64,000 bases of DNA from contig CAWGHO010000001.1 of the NCBI GenBank assembly GCA_963822445.1, positions 256,001 through 320,000 on the forward strand, in the 5' to 3' direction. Positions 1 to 12,859 of this stretch are shown here, piece by piece; position 1 is the first letter of the stretch; each line of letters starts with the position of its first letter. The position numbers and the translations under genes were made by a program. The stretch is from an uncultured Acidobacteriota bacterium. Its GTDB lineage: Bacteria > Acidobacteriota > Thermoanaerobaculia > Gp7-AA8. The notes beneath the pieces were generated by a model that saw nothing but the letters and a program-made list of their open reading frames with translations, did not search any database and was not told where the DNA came from.

Positions 1-3
1 GGC

Positions 4-1386
4 GTGAATGCGCTGGTGAACGTCGCGCGGAAGAAAGAGGCCTCGCTGCCGTTCATCGCCAGCAACGTCTACGACCTCAATGAAGTGCTGGCCGTGCTGC
101 AGGAGGCTGGACTCGAATCGCCGCATCTCGAGCTCGAACGCCACGGCGATCTCGACACGGTCATCGTGCACGCGTTCCGGCCGGCTGTCGCCGCCAGTCG
201 CGAGGAAACCACCGCGACACCGAGCGACGCGACGTTCATCGATGTGAAGAAGCTGATTGCCGAGTCGTCGATCGAACAGCTCAATCGGACGGCCGAGGAG
301 TACTTTTCGTCGCTGACGGATTGGGAGTCTCATCTCGCCAAGCCCTTCGCGCGCGCGGAAGACACGCCGCAACTGTTGATCAATCTCGCGGTGGTGCTGC
401 AGGGCCTCGCGCTGACTCCGGGGATGACAGTCCTCGAATACGGCGCCGGAACGGGATGGCTGTCGCGGTATCTCACCCAGCTGGGATGCAAGGCGATTCT
501 CCTGGACGTGTCACCGACCGCTCTGAAGATTGCCCGCGAGTTGTGCGCACGGCAGCCGGTCATCGGCGAGCGTCCCGAGCCGCAGTTTCTGCAGTACGAC
601 GGTCATCGCATCGATCTCCCGGATGCGAGTGTCGATCGCATCCTCTGTTTCGACTCCTTCCATCACGCCACGAATCCGGACGAGGTGCTGTGGGAGTTCG
701 GCCGCGTGCTCAAACCGCGCGGAATCGCCGGCTTCGCCGAGCCGGGACCGGAGCATTCGAAAACGCCGCAGTCGCAGTACGAGATGCGGACGTACGGCGT
801 GGTGGAGAACGACATCGACCTGCATGCGATCTGGCAGACCGCGGAACGGGTGGGCTTCGCCGAGTTGCGTGTCGCGGCCTTCAACGTGCCGCCGTTCTGG
901 ATGTCGCTGGCGGAGCTCGATCAATTCCTCAACGGCACCGGACCGTACGCGCGATGGGGCGAGCAGAGCCGGCGCTTTCTCACAGGCGTGCGCGATTTCT
1001 TCCTGCTCAAGCCCGGCGCGCACGAACTGGACAGCCGGCGTACGGAAGGCCTCAGTGGCTCGATCGAGGCGACGCTCATCGACCCGTCGTCGATTCGCGT
1101 GACCGTGCGCAACACGGGACGCGCGCGATGGTTGTCATCGAAGGAAACGTACGGCGGCGTCGCGGTCGGCGCGCATTTCTACGACGCGAGCGGCCACCTG
1201 CTGCAACTCGATCCCCGGCAGGAGCTGCCGCGGGAACTGGAGCCCGAGCAGGAAGCGACGGTCGTCTTCGAATTGCCGAAGCTCGAGCCGGGAACCTACA
1301 CGGTCGAGATCGATCTGGTTGCGAACAAGGTTGCGTGGTTCGCGCAGATTGGCTCGACGCCGGCGCGGGTCACTTTGTCATCGTGA
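4..1386 (+). CDS. Class I SAM-dependent methyltransferase with C-terminal Ig-like domain (5' end may lie outside the window)
   Basis: Motif I VLEYGAGTGW, post-II DSFHH, RVLKPRG. C-terminal beta-rich segment VTVRNTG...PGTYTVEIDLV...WF. Confidence 0.85.
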   Translation: MNALVNVARKKEASLPFIASNVYDLNEVLAVLQEAGLESPHLELERHGDLDTVIVHAFRPAVAASREETTATPSDATFIDVKKLIAESSIEQLNRTAEEYFSSLTDWESHLAKPFARAEDTPQLLINLAVVLQGLALTPGMTVLEYGAGTGWLSRYLTQLGCKAILLDVSPTALKIARELCARQPVIGERPEPQFLQYDGHRIDLPDASVDRILCFDSFHHATNPDEVLWEFGRVLKPRGIAGFAEPGPEHSKTPQSQYEMRTYGVVENDIDLHAIWQTAERVGFAELRVAAFNVPPFWMSLAELDQFLNGTGPYARWGEQSRRFLTGVRDFFLLKPGAHELDSRRTEGLSGSIEATLIDPSSIRVTVRNTGRARWLSSKETYGGVAVGAHFYDASGHLLQLDPRQELPRELEPEQEATVVFELPKLEPGTYTVEIDLVANKVAWFAQIGSTPARVTLSS

Positions 1387-2374
1387 GGCGCGACGGTGAA
1401 GACTCGCCCATCGCCGCCATGACGCGCGCATCCTCGAGGTCCGCGCCGCGCACCTTCCGGTACAGCGCCCAATAAACGCTGACCGATCGCTCGAACACCC
1501 ACAACGGCGCGAACAGCACCGATCGCAGCGGGAAAAACGCGGCGGCGCCGGAGCGTCCACGGAGCGCAAGTGCGACCGAGGCGAAGGCGATGACGCTCGC
1601 GTAGCCGCCGGCGAGTTGAATGCCGCCGAGCACCGCTAGCAGCAGGAGCATCGGCAGGAGCGAGAAGAAGAACGCGCTCTTCATCGGCAGGGCGAAATCA
1701 TCGCCGGCCTGACGCGCGCGGCCGGTGATCCATTCGCCGAACGCACCCGGTTGCCGCTTCACGAACACTTCGTGCGCGGGATAAACCTCGGCACCAACCG
1801 CGGAGAGCCGCCGCGCCTGATCATCCTGCAAATGCACGCCGGCGAGTGAACGCAGCGACCGCACCACGGCACGGCGGAAACCGAAGGTCACGCCGTGATC
1901 GGGCTGCGGCTCGACGCCGCGATGAAGGAGGATCCGTCCGGCCTCGATCCCGCCCCACCAGGGCAACGGATCGAGATAGTCCTGCGGCTCGACGACTTCA
2001 TGAAGATCGAGGAGATCGCAAAGCTGTCCGATCGCCTCGGGCGTGTAGCGAACATCTTCCGCGGCGACGATGACTTTCTCGCAAGACGCAACGTCGACCG
2101 CCGCACGCACGACGTCGATCGCGCCGCTGGGCGTGCGATGCTCGGGCTTCACCGCGAGATGCCGTCCCACCCATCGCAGCACGCGCGACGTCGCTTCGAA
2201 TTCAGGCGCCGCTGACGGGTCAAGAACGACCACGTCGATCTCGTGCAAGCCGAGCGCGGAGAGGTAGTTGGCAAGGTTACGAAGCTCGTCGGGCGAGGAA
2301 GTGACACGGTCCGCGAGCACCACGTAACTGCAGGGGCGCTCCTTCCGTCGAGCCATGTCGGGTCTGGTTCGCAT
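1370..2374 (-). CDS. Glycosyltransferase family 2-like membrane protein
   Basis: N-terminal IDVVVLD and VIVAAEDVRY (DxD-like position), C-terminal hydrophobic helices. Start could be 2356. Confidence 0.6.
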   Translation of the reverse strand: MRTRPDMARRKERPCSYVVLADRVTSSPDELRNLANYLSALGLHEIDVVVLDPSAAPEFEATSRVLRWVGRHLAVKPEHRTPSGAIDVVRAAVDVASCEKVIVAAEDVRYTPEAIGQLCDLLDLHEVVEPQDYLDPLPWWGGIEAGRILLHRGVEPQPDHGVTFGFRRAVVRSLRSLAGVHLQDDQARRLSAVGAEVYPAHEVFVKRQPGAFGEWITGRARQAGDDFALPMKSAFFFSLLPMLLLLAVLGGIQLAGGYASVIAFASVALALRGRSGAAAFFPLRSVLFAPLWVFERSVSVYWALYRKVRGADLEDARVMAAMGESSPSRLTMTK

Positions 2375-2411
2375 TCACTGCGAATAACAGCGAGCGCCGT
2401 GCCACCGTCGT

Positions 2412-2770
2412 CTACTCCCGCGTAACGTTCTGACGTACCTCGGCGAAGCCGTGCGTGACCTGATAGTCCCCTCGCGACCATTGCAGCAAAAAGGGAACGA
2501 GCCCGCCGTCCGACCAGCGTCGGCACTTCCCTCTCTCGACGCAGGAGGACACCGGTGACCGCGTCGAGGTACAGCCGTTCGCCGGGTGCGACTTCGAGGA
2601 CCCACGCATCGCGGTTCCGCACGCGATCGGCGCGAATCGTTTTCGCGTCGGGATACGTGAGCTGCCGGAAGAAATGACTTCTGAGCTCCACACTTCCTTC
2701 CGGCGGATACGGCAGCGACATCGTCAACTCCGCTTTTGAGGGCCGCTCCTGATACAGCTCGAACGGTGCG
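2412..2770 (-). pseudogene. Remnant of an exported LolA/outer-membrane-sorting-like beta-sheet protein
   Basis: Protein-like text ELYQERPSKA...ERLYLDAVTGVLLRRERE switches frame near 2510 to VPFLLQWSRGDYQVTHGFAEVRQN-stop. No intact N-terminus. Confidence 0.45.
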
Positions 2771-2903
2771 CGCGGCGAAGGATCTGCTGGACGGTCGTCA
2801 GGTCACGCCAAGGGGTTGGCCATGGCGGTCATGATCGGGATGACCCTCCGAGAGACGTCAGTCAGGACCTTCACATGGCCCGAGCCTTGCGAAATCGCGC
2901 CCC

Positions 2904-5011
<2,108 letters not shown>

Positions 5012-5012
<1 letters not shown>

Positions 5013-5045
5013 TTTCGGGGTTGCGGGGTTACGGGGTTTCGGGGT
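5012..5045. repeat. Octamer tandem repeat (GGGGTTNC), about 4 copies
   Basis: gtttcggggttgcggggttacggggtttcggggt directly after the glgX stop. Confidence 0.85.
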
Positions 5046-5078
5046 GACCTTGGTAGCATCCGCGCGTCATAAACGACG

Positions 5079-5804
5079 ATGCGCATCAAACATCCCATCG
5101 CCCAGGTTGTGTCTCTGGTCATCGCATCCCTGCTGATCGCGGTCGTGGCCAACGGCTTCGCCGGCCGCACGCGCCAGCTCAAACTCCCGGGGTTTCATCC
5201 GGGCGCGCTCAAAGTTCCGCCCAAAGAACAGCCCGCGCCGAAGCCGATTGAAGCAACCACGACCATCGCGCCAACGACGACGACAGCCGCCATCGAACTG
5301 CCCGTCGCAACAACCACGACCATCGCTACCGCGACGACCCAGCAACCCAGCAACCCAGCAACCCAGCAACCGGTTCAAACCCCGCAACCCCGTAACCCCG
5401 TAACCCCGAAACCCGACCTCTCCCGATTCACCCCCCACCCCGACAAGGCCTACGTCGAGATCACCGGTGACGACGCGGCGGCGCTGCACGCGGGCGGGGC
5501 GCTCTTCCTCGACGCGCGGCGCACCTCGGTGTTCGAGGAAGGTCACATCGCCGGCGCGCGGCCGTTCTCGGTGTGGGAAGTCGACGTCGACGACAAGGTG
5601 AACGCGCTCTTCGAAGAACGCTCCGACCCGGCCGAGCAGAACAAGCCCATCGTCATCTACTGCTCCGGCGGCGCGTGCGAGGACTCCCACATGCTCTCCC
5701 AGAAGCTCTGGGGCGTTCAGTTCAACAACATCTACGTCTACAAGGACGGCTTCCCCGACTGGCAGAAGCGCCGGTTACCGGTGCGGACGGGAGCGACGCC
5801 GTGA
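5079..5804 (+). CDS. Membrane-anchored/exported rhodanese-like domain protein
   Basis: N-terminal TM helix, Pro/Thr linker, LFLDAR, GHIAGA, active loop YCSGGACEDS, YKDGFPDW. Confidence 0.9.
   Translation: MRIKHPIAQVVSLVIASLLIAVVANGFAGRTRQLKLPGFHPGALKVPPKEQPAPKPIEATTTIAPTTTTAAIELPVATTTTIATATTQQPSNPATQQPVQTPQPRNPVTPKPDLSRFTPHPDKAYVEITGDDAAALHAGGALFLDARRTSVFEEGHIAGARPFSVWEVDVDDKVNALFEERSDPAEQNKPIVIYCSGGACEDSHMLSQKLWGVQFNNIYVYKDGFPDWQKRRLPVRTGATP
5337..5414. repeat. In-frame octamer repeats (ACCCAGCA)x4 and (AACCCCGN)x4 inside the rhodanese linker
   Basis: Read directly. Encodes QQPSNPATQQP...TPQPRNPVTPKP. The second block is the reverse complement of 5012-5045. Confidence 0.85.
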
Positions 5805-6265
5805 AGGTCTGGCTGACAAGTCCCTGGTTGACCATCCGCGTGCAGATCGCCCTCGGCGTCATCTTCCTCGTCGCCGCCTGGCCGAAGATCGTCGATCCGC
5901 CGTCGTTCGCGCACATGATCTACAACTACCACGTCCTGCCGTCAGGCCTGATCAACATCACAGCCCTGACCATGCCGTGGCTGGAGATCCTGGTCGGCCT
6001 CTGCCTGGTTCTCGGAATCTGGGTGAAGCCTGCCCGCTGGCTCGTCGCGGCGATGCTGATCGTCTTCATCCTCGCCATCGCCTTCAACCTCATGCGCGAC
6101 AACGCCATCGACTGCGGCTGCTTCGACGTCTCCGCCGCGGGCAAGACCCACGAAGAGCGCCTGCGCGACATGTGGCTGGTGATCCTGCGCGACATCGGGA
6201 TGCTGCTGATGGTGGCGCAGCTGGCATGGGCGGAGCGGGTGAAAAGGACCGAAACAGTTCCGTAA
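5801..6265 (+). CDS. MauE/DoxX family redox-associated membrane protein
   Basis: GTGA overlap with upstream stop. KIVDPPSFA, PWLEILVG, IDCGCF, four TM helices. Confidence 0.88.
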   Translation: MKVWLTSPWLTIRVQIALGVIFLVAAWPKIVDPPSFAHMIYNYHVLPSGLINITALTMPWLEILVGLCLVLGIWVKPARWLVAAMLIVFILAIAFNLMRDNAIDCGCFDVSAAGKTHEERLRDMWLVILRDIGMLLMVAQLAWAERVKRTETVP

Positions 6266-6323
6266 CCCGGCCGTACATCAGTTGCGCCCGTACAATCGCG
6301 CCCGATTTCCTACCGGAGGACTG

Positions 6324-9300
6324 ATGCGCAAATTCGCGCTCCTGATCTGCTTCATGCTCGCTACCACTGCGTTCGCCGCCGACATTCAACTCGATCAACT
6401 CAGAAGAGGCGATGTCGTCGAGGGCTTCCGCACTGAAGCCATTTACCTCAACGACGCCGACAAGCCCCTCGGCGCACGGTTCATCCATCTGCGCTCCGGC
6501 TTCACCCTCGACTACCTGCAGATCGAGTCCGTGCCCCAGGGCTACACCTGGGTCAACTCGATTGCCGTCGGGGATCAGGGCGAGCCCCACACCCAGGAGC
6601 ACCTCCTCCTCGGCAAGGGCACGACCGGCCGCGCGTTCGCCGGCCTCGACACGATGTGGCTCTCGGGCTCGACCGCGTTCACGCAGCAGTGGCGCACGGC
6701 GTATCACTTCAACACCACCGCCGGAAAAGACGTCTTCTTCGACCTCTTCGCCGCGGAGCTCAACGCGCTGCTCCACCCCAACTACACCGATGAAGAGATC
6801 CGCCGCGAGGTCCGCAGCTTCGGCGTGACCACCAATCCCGATGGCACGCTGCGGCTCGAGGAAAAGGGCTCGGTCTACAACGAGATGACCAGCTCCAGCG
6901 CGAACCGCTATCGCGTTCTCTTCCGCACCATCGGCCAACTGGTCTACGGCAAGAATCACCCGCTCGCCTACAACTCCGGCGGCGAGCCGTCGGGCATCCG
7001 CACCATGCAGCCCGAGGACATCCGGAAGTTTCACGCGGCGAACTACTACCTCGCCAACATGGGCACTCTCGTCGCCTTTCCGAAGAGCGTGACCGTGACC
7101 GAGGTGCTCGATCGGACGGATGCGATCCTCGCCAAGGTCGAGAAGGAACCGAAGAAGCGCGAATCGACACTGAGCAAGCCGTTCCCGCCACCGGTCGCCG
7201 CGCCAGGAGCGACGATCGCCATCGGTGAATGGCCGAATCGCAACGACCTGCAGCCGAGCCCTCTCGCGTTCGTCTGGCCGGCGACGCGCGGCAACATGAC
7301 CGCCGAAGAGCTGATCCTGCTCGAGCTCTTCACCGAGACCTTCGCCGGAGACGCCACCACGAACCTGTACAAGATGTTCGTCGACAGCAAGACCAAGGTC
7401 ATGGACATCGGCGCGACGGGCGTCTTCAGCAACGTCGAGCGCGACCCGGGCCACATGGTGGCGCTCATCCTCGACAACGTCGCCGTTTCCAATCTCAACG
7501 AAGCGAAGATTTCCGAAGTCCGGACAAAGGTGACAGACGAGCTGGCGCGGATCGCCGGGTTCGCCGACAACTCGCCGGAGCTGAAAGAGTTCAACGACCG
7601 CGCCCTGAGCCGGGTCATCGAGGCCGAGCGCCAGATGGCGAACCTCGTCAACACCCCGCCGTCCTGGGGCGCTCGCGGCACGGGCTCGGTCTGGGACGAT
7701 CAACTGCTCCTCCTCAACCGCTCGTCCGACTTCAAGAAGTCAGTCACGCTCAAGCCGCAGACGCAGGCCGTCCGCAAGCTCCTCGCATCGGGCAAAAACA
7801 TCTGGCGCGATCAACTGAGCAAATGGCAGCTCACCGGCGTGACGCCGTATGCGGCGGCAGCGAAGCCGAGCCCCGCGCTGCTGATGCGCGAGGATCAGGA
7901 GCGCGTGGCGCGCGCCGACGTCGAAGCGAAACGCCTCGCCGCGAAATACGGCGTCGCCGACGTCCAGGAAGCGCTGAAGCGGTATCAGAAGGACACCGAG
8001 GCCGAGGCGGCTCGGATCGAGGAAGAGGCGAAGAAGATTGCGCCTCCGGAGTTCGTGAAGAACCCGCCCATGTCGCTCGACGAAGGCCTGCAGTACACGC
8101 AGACGAAGCTCGAGTCGGGCGTGCCCATCGTCACGTCCACCTTCGAGAACATGTCCAGCGCCACGCTCGGTCTCGCGGTGCGCGCGGACGTCGTCGCCGC
8201 GGATGAGCTGCGTTACCTGTCCGTGCTGCCGCAGCTTCTGACTCGCGTCGGCGTGATCGAGAACGGGAAGCCGGTCTCGTTCGAAGAGATGTCCGAGCGT
8301 CTGCGCAAGGAGATCCTCCGTCTCGACGCGAACTACTCGACCAACCCGCGCACCGAGCGCGTGGAGCTGATCGTGCGCGGCGCGGGAATCGGAACGACCG
8401 AGGCTCAGCGAGCCATCGAGTGGATGAACCTGGTGCTGCATCATCCGGACTGGCGCGTGGAGAACCTGCCGCGCATCCGCGACGTCGTCGATCAAGTCCT
8501 GAGCGGCTGGCGCAACGTCATGCAGGCTCCCGAGGAGTCGTGGGTGAACAATCCGGTGAATGCGTACCGGATGCAGACCAATCCGGCGTTTCTCGCGACC
8601 GACTCGATCCTCACCCGCGCGCACAACGCGCTGCGGTTGCGCTGGCAGCTGAAGGAAGCGCCGGCCGCCGATCGCGACGCGCTTTCGGCGTGGTTCGCGA
8701 CCCTCGCCGCGAAAACAGGCACGCGCGCCGAACTGAAAGCTTTCCTCGCCGATCCGGCAACGGCCACGACGCCGATCGCGAAAGAAGTCGTCAAAGACCT
8801 CGACCTCACCCTCGGCGACATTCCCGACAGCAGTCTCGCCGCCGACTGGAAGTATCTCGTCGACACGATCCGCGCCGATCTGTTCATGCCTCCGTCCGAA
8901 GCATTGGCGAAACTGAACGCGGTGCGCGCGAAGCTCGCCAATCGCGGCAACGCGCGCATGTGGCTGGTCAGCTCGAGCGCGATTCAGAAGTCGCTCGCAC
9001 CGTCGATCAACGCCTTCTCCGCGTCCCTCGGAACCGGGGCAGCATCACCGGCGCAGCGCGCCGGCGTGCGTCATGTCGACGCGCGACTCCTCGCGCGCGA
9101 CGCGGCCGCGCAGACGCCGGTCTACGTCGGATTGCTCGCCCCGAACATGAAGGGCGGCGTGATCATCACCTCCGTTCCGAGCGCGCATTTCTCGGACTTC
9201 GGCGACAAGGCCAAGCAGCTCGACTACCTCGCCTCGCGCCTCCACTCCGGCTACGGCGCGCACGGAGTGTTCCTGAAGACGCTCGCCAACGGTCTCGCCT

Positions 9301-9803
9301 ACAGCAACGGTCTGCGCGGCAACGTGCAGTCGGGCCGCGCCGGTTACTACGCCGAGCGCACGCCGGAGATCCCGCAGACGGTGAAGTTCGTCGTCGACAT
9401 CCTCAAGTCCGCCGAGCGCGACCCGCGCCTCGGCGACTACGCCGTCGCCCAGGTCTTCGGCGAGAGCCGCGCCGCCGGAACGTACGAGGCCCGCGCGGAG
9501 GGCATCGCTCACGACCTCGCCGACAATCAGCCGCCCGATCAGGTGCGCCAATTCCGCGCATCGATCCTCGAGCTCCGCAAAGACCCCAACCTCGGCAACA
9601 CGCTCTTCGACCGCAAGGACGCGGTCTACGGCCGCAGCCTTCCCGGCTACAACGTGAAGGGCAAGGACGTGCCGGACGCCGTCTACTTCACGATCGGACC
9701 GGACAAGCAGCTCGACGCGTGGGAAGCGTATCTGCGCAACGCGGAAGGGGCGGAGACGAAGCTCTGGCGCCTTTATCCGCGCGACTTCTGGATGACCAAC
9801 TGA
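6324..9803 (+). CDS. Secreted M16 (insulinase/PreP-like) zinc metallopeptidase
   Basis: GGAGGA RBS, signal peptide, inverted zinc motif HTQEH, KGSVYNEM, YNSGGEP. Confidence 0.85.
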   Translation: MRKFALLICFMLATTAFAADIQLDQLRRGDVVEGFRTEAIYLNDADKPLGARFIHLRSGFTLDYLQIESVPQGYTWVNSIAVGDQGEPHTQEHLLLGKGTTGRAFAGLDTMWLSGSTAFTQQWRTAYHFNTTAGKDVFFDLFAAELNALLHPNYTDEEIRREVRSFGVTTNPDGTLRLEEKGSVYNEMTSSSANRYRVLFRTIGQLVYGKNHPLAYNSGGEPSGIRTMQPEDIRKFHAANYYLANMGTLVAFPKSVTVTEVLDRTDAILAKVEKEPKKRESTLSKPFPPPVAAPGATIAIGEWPNRNDLQPSPLAFVWPATRGNMTAEELILLELFTETFAGDATTNLYKMFVDSKTKVMDIGATGVFSNVERDPGHMVALILDNVAVSNLNEAKISEVRTKVTDELARIAGFADNSPELKEFNDRALSRVIEAERQMANLVNTPPSWGARGTGSVWDDQLLLLNRSSDFKKSVTLKPQTQAVRKLLASGKNIWRDQLSKWQLTGVTPYAAAAKPSPALLMREDQERVARADVEAKRLAAKYGVADVQEALKRYQKDTEAEAARIEEEAKKIAPPEFVKNPPMSLDEGLQYTQTKLESGVPIVTSTFENMSSATLGLAVRADVVAADELRYLSVLPQLLTRVGVIENGKPVSFEEMSERLRKEILRLDANYSTNPRTERVELIVRGAGIGTTEAQRAIEWMNLVLHHPDWRVENLPRIRDVVDQVLSGWRNVMQAPEESWVNNPVNAYRMQTNPAFLATDSILTRAHNALRLRWQLKEAPAADRDALSAWFATLAAKTGTRAELKAFLADPATATTPIAKEVVKDLDLTLGDIPDSSLAADWKYLVDTIRADLFMPPSEALAKLNAVRAKLANRGNARMWLVSSSAIQKSLAPSINAFSASLGTGAASPAQRAGVRHVDARLLARDAAAQTPVYVGLLAPNMKGGVIITSVPSAHFSDFGDKAKQLDYLASRLHSGYGAHGVFLKTLANGLAYSNGLRGNVQSGRAGYYAERTPEIPQTVKFVVDILKSAERDPRLGDYAVAQVFGESRAAGTYEARAEGIAHDLADNQPPDQVRQFRASILELRKDPNLGNTLFDRKDAVYGRSLPGYNVKGKDVPDAVYFTIGPDKQLDAWEAYLRNAEGAETKLWRLYPRDFWMTN

Positions 9804-10627
9804 ACCGCCGCTAAGTCCTGCAAAGCCGTCCCGGTGGAGTCGAAGACGATGACCTCGTCTTCACTCCGCCGGCCAGCGCGGCCGCAAACGACATCCGCCA
9901 GCTCGCCGGCAACGTCTTCGCGGGTCATCACGCCCGCCGCGATCGCGTGATGCAGATCGCCCATCGTCGCGGCCTGCTCGAGGATGTCAGCGAACACGCG
10001 GCTCTCCTTCAACAACGCCGGCGAGAGCTCGTGCTTGTGCGGATTGTCGGCGCCGACGCCGGCGATGAACATGCCCGGCCGAAGGTGACGCGCGTCGAGA
10101 ATCGGCGACTTCGACGGCGTACAGGTGACGACGATGTCCGCGTTCGCAACCGCTTCGTCGATCGAGTTGCAATTGCCCTTCGCCGGATCAGCGTCGTACA
10201 CCAACACGTCATCGATCGATCGCACGAGCCTGATGGCGTCGACGTGTGCGCGTCCCTGCGTGCCGCCGCCGATGATCGCAAGAGTTTTCGCGTCCTTGCG
10301 CGCGAGGTACTTTGCCGCGACTGCTGTCGCCGCAGCGGTGCGGAGCGTGGTGACGTGAATCGAGTCCATCACCGCCAGCGGCGTGCCGCGCTCGCGATCG
10401 AAGAGCACGATCACGCCCTGAATCGTCGGCAGCCCGTGAAGGCGCGGGTTGTCCGGGAAGTTCGCGTTGATCTTCGCCGCGAAGACCTCACCGATCGCGG
10501 CCTTGATGTGGAAGTGATCGATGCCGAGGCTCGCCGGCGCGGCGACGCGGCCTTCGCCGTACGCGCGAAACATCTCTTCGACCGCGGGGATGCATTCGTC
10601 GATGGTCAGCGCCGGCGTGGGAAACAT
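9773..10627 (-). CDS. Ornithine cyclodeaminase/mu-crystallin family protein
   Basis: LRTAAATAVAAKYLA, IIGGGTQG, VFDSTGTALQDLA. Confidence 0.88.
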   Translation of the reverse strand: MFPTPALTIDECIPAVEEMFRAYGEGRVAAPASLGIDHFHIKAAIGEVFAAKINANFPDNPRLHGLPTIQGVIVLFDRERGTPLAVMDSIHVTTLRTAAATAVAAKYLARKDAKTLAIIGGGTQGRAHVDAIRLVRSIDDVLVYDADPAKGNCNSIDEAVANADIVVTCTPSKSPILDARHLRPGMFIAGVGADNPHKHELSPALLKESRVFADILEQAATMGDLHHAIAAGVMTREDVAGELADVVCGRAGRRSEDEVIVFDSTGTALQDLAAVQLVIQKSRG

Positions 10628-11910
10628 TGCAGCTCCTCGAAAAGATGAATTGCGGCGCGGGTCGCTTTCTCCCAGTCGCCGAGATTGAGGGACTCGTTTT
10701 CGGAGTGGGCGTTGGAGTGCGGGTCCTGCACGCCGGTCAGCAGCGGCGGAACGTCGCCAGCCAGGTCGGCGAATGGTTTGACGAAGCCGATCGAGCCGCC
10801 GCTGCCCATCATCACCGCTTCCGCGCCGAACCCTTTCGTGAGCGCGCGGCGTGCGGCGGTGAAAAGCGGATGCGAGGGATCGGCTTCCCACCAGGACGGT
10901 CCGCCGACGATCTTCGTGGTGACATGCGCGCCGTGCGGCGCATCCGCGCGGATCGCGCTCGCCAGCAGTTCGCCCGCTTCGATCGTGTCGAGATCGCGAA
11001 CCGTTCGCAGCGACAGGCGTGCGCGTGCCGAATCGGAGATCTGGTTTGCGGCGTGTCGCGATGGGAACCGCTTCGATGGCGGTGATGGTCAGCGACGGCC
11101 GCGCCCAGATCCGTTCCCACGCGCCTTCACCGGTGAGTTGCACGCCGTCGAGCAAGCCGAAGTGCGTCCGCTTCGGTCGAACGGGAGAGCGCGCATCGCC
11201 GCGAGTTGTGACTTCGTCGATGCGGACGCGCTCATCGAGACCGGGGATGCCGTCGCTGCAGGCGCGCGAGAATCGAGCAGAGGATCATGATCGCGTCCGG
11301 CATGAGCCCGCCGCCCTGCCCGCTGTGCACTGGACGCTCGAGACAACGCACCTCCACGTCGACGATGCAGTTGCCGCGGAGGCGGTATGTCAGCGCGGGT
11401 ACGCCGGTGGCGAAGTTCGGCGTGTCGCAGAGGACGATGAAGTCGCAGGCGAAAAGCGATCGATGCTCGGCGAGCAACGCGGCGAGATTCGGCGAGCCGA
11501 TTTCCTCTTCCCCTTCGATGAGCATCTTCACGTTGCAATGCGAGCTGGCCTGCAGCGCGGCGAGCCAGGCCATGAAGCCGCCTTTGTCGTCCGACGTGCC
11601 GCGGCCGTACATCCGGCCGTCGCGGACGACTGCCTCGAAGGGCGGCGAGAGCCAGCGATCCTCGCGTCCAGGCGGCTGCACGTCGTGGTGGCCGTAGACG
11701 AGCACCGTCGGCCGATCGGCGGAGACGAATCGCTCGCCGTACACCGCCGGATGTCCCGCGGTCTCGAGCAGACGAACATTCGTGAGCCCGTACTCGATGC
11801 AGCGTTTCGGCGACCGCGTTCGCGGAGCGCCGCACTTCCACTGCCGGAAAAGATTTCGCGGAGATCCCCGGAATGGCGACCAGCTCAGCGAGCCGCCGCT
11901 GCGCGTTCAC
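10606..11910 (-). pseudogene. M20 family dipeptidase, multiply frameshifted (sequencing error or pseudogene)
   Basis: Motifs spread over frames: LVAIPGIS, YGHHDVQP, GRGTSDDKG, IEGEEEIGS, VHSG, RIWARPSLTI, GSGGSIGF, NAHSENESL. Confidence 0.85.
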
Positions 11911-12853
11911 TTGCGGCCGCGCTTTTTGCCGAGGGCTTCGTGCAGGTCGTCGAAGAGCGGCGAGGGCGCGCTCGATGCGCTCGTTGTCGTTCTCGGTCCG
12001 CGACATGAGGCCGTCGAGCATCATTCGCACGCCCGCCGTTTCGGGCCGATCGAACTTCGAATCCTTCAGATCGAGGTTGTGCACGATCTCGGCGATGGCG
12101 CGGACGCCTTTGTCGGGCAGGCCGACGCGGCCGCACCAGCGTCTCGAACGTGCAGCGGTCTTCTTCGTGAGTGAAGTCGCCGCCGACCATGTCGAAGCGG
12201 ATTTCGCCTCGGCGCGCGGAGCGTTCTCGTCGGCAAAGCGGAATCGCGCCTTCGGGATCGACGAAGCGGCGGATGAACCAGGCCGAGGCCATGCGGTCGA
12301 TCTTGACGCCCGGGCGGGTGACCCAGGTCTTGCCGCGCAGTTCGGGATTCGCTTTGAGCATCCGTGTCTCCTCCTTGCGATCGCGTTTCAGACGGCTCTC
12401 GATCGCCGCCAGCGCTTCCTCCGCCGCCGCGCTGCCCTCGGCCTCGAAGAAATCGATGCGGCGGACTTCTTCGAGACGGCGGGAGAGGCGCGCGTGGGCC
12501 GCGGTGAGCTCGGCTGCCGCCGCGGCGCTGCGGGCCGCTTTCATCCCGGCGTTCGCGTCTGCGGCGATGGCCGCGTAATCGGCGTCGCGGGTCTCGCGAA
12601 ACTGGGCGATGGCCGCGTCGTTGGCCACGCCGTCGACGAAGTCACCATGAAACAGATGGGCGTCGCCGCCGCCGGCGACGATCTCCTGCGCGATCCACTG
12701 CAGGTCTTCCAGCGCGTCGGCGCCGTGCGGCAGAAGGTAGACCGCGTTCTTCACCGCGACCGCACCAACGTCCGCGAGGCGCTGGCGGATCTTGGCCCGG
12801 AGGTACAGAGGGCGGGGAGGGATGCGATGAACCAGGATGAGCCAGCGCGGCAT
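11907..12853 (-). CDS. chrB: Chromate resistance regulator ChrB (frameshifts in 3' third)
   Basis: WLILVHRIPPRPLYLRAKI, WVTRPGVKIDRMASAWFIRRFVD, FDMVGGDFTHEEDRCTFE. Next frame IAEIVHNLDLKDSKFDRPE. Adjacent to chrA. Confidence 0.88.
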
Positions 12854-12859
12854 TGCGTG

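Noticed and set aside
2803-2832. TGA after MTAMANPLA as selenocysteine or readthrough
   Set aside because: No redox motif context or recognisable SECIS, and the region is a gene remnant.
10628-11155. Apparent M20 peptidase-cyclodeaminase fusion
   Set aside because: Produced by frameshifts in the M20 gene. The cyclodeaminase has its own ATG at 10627.
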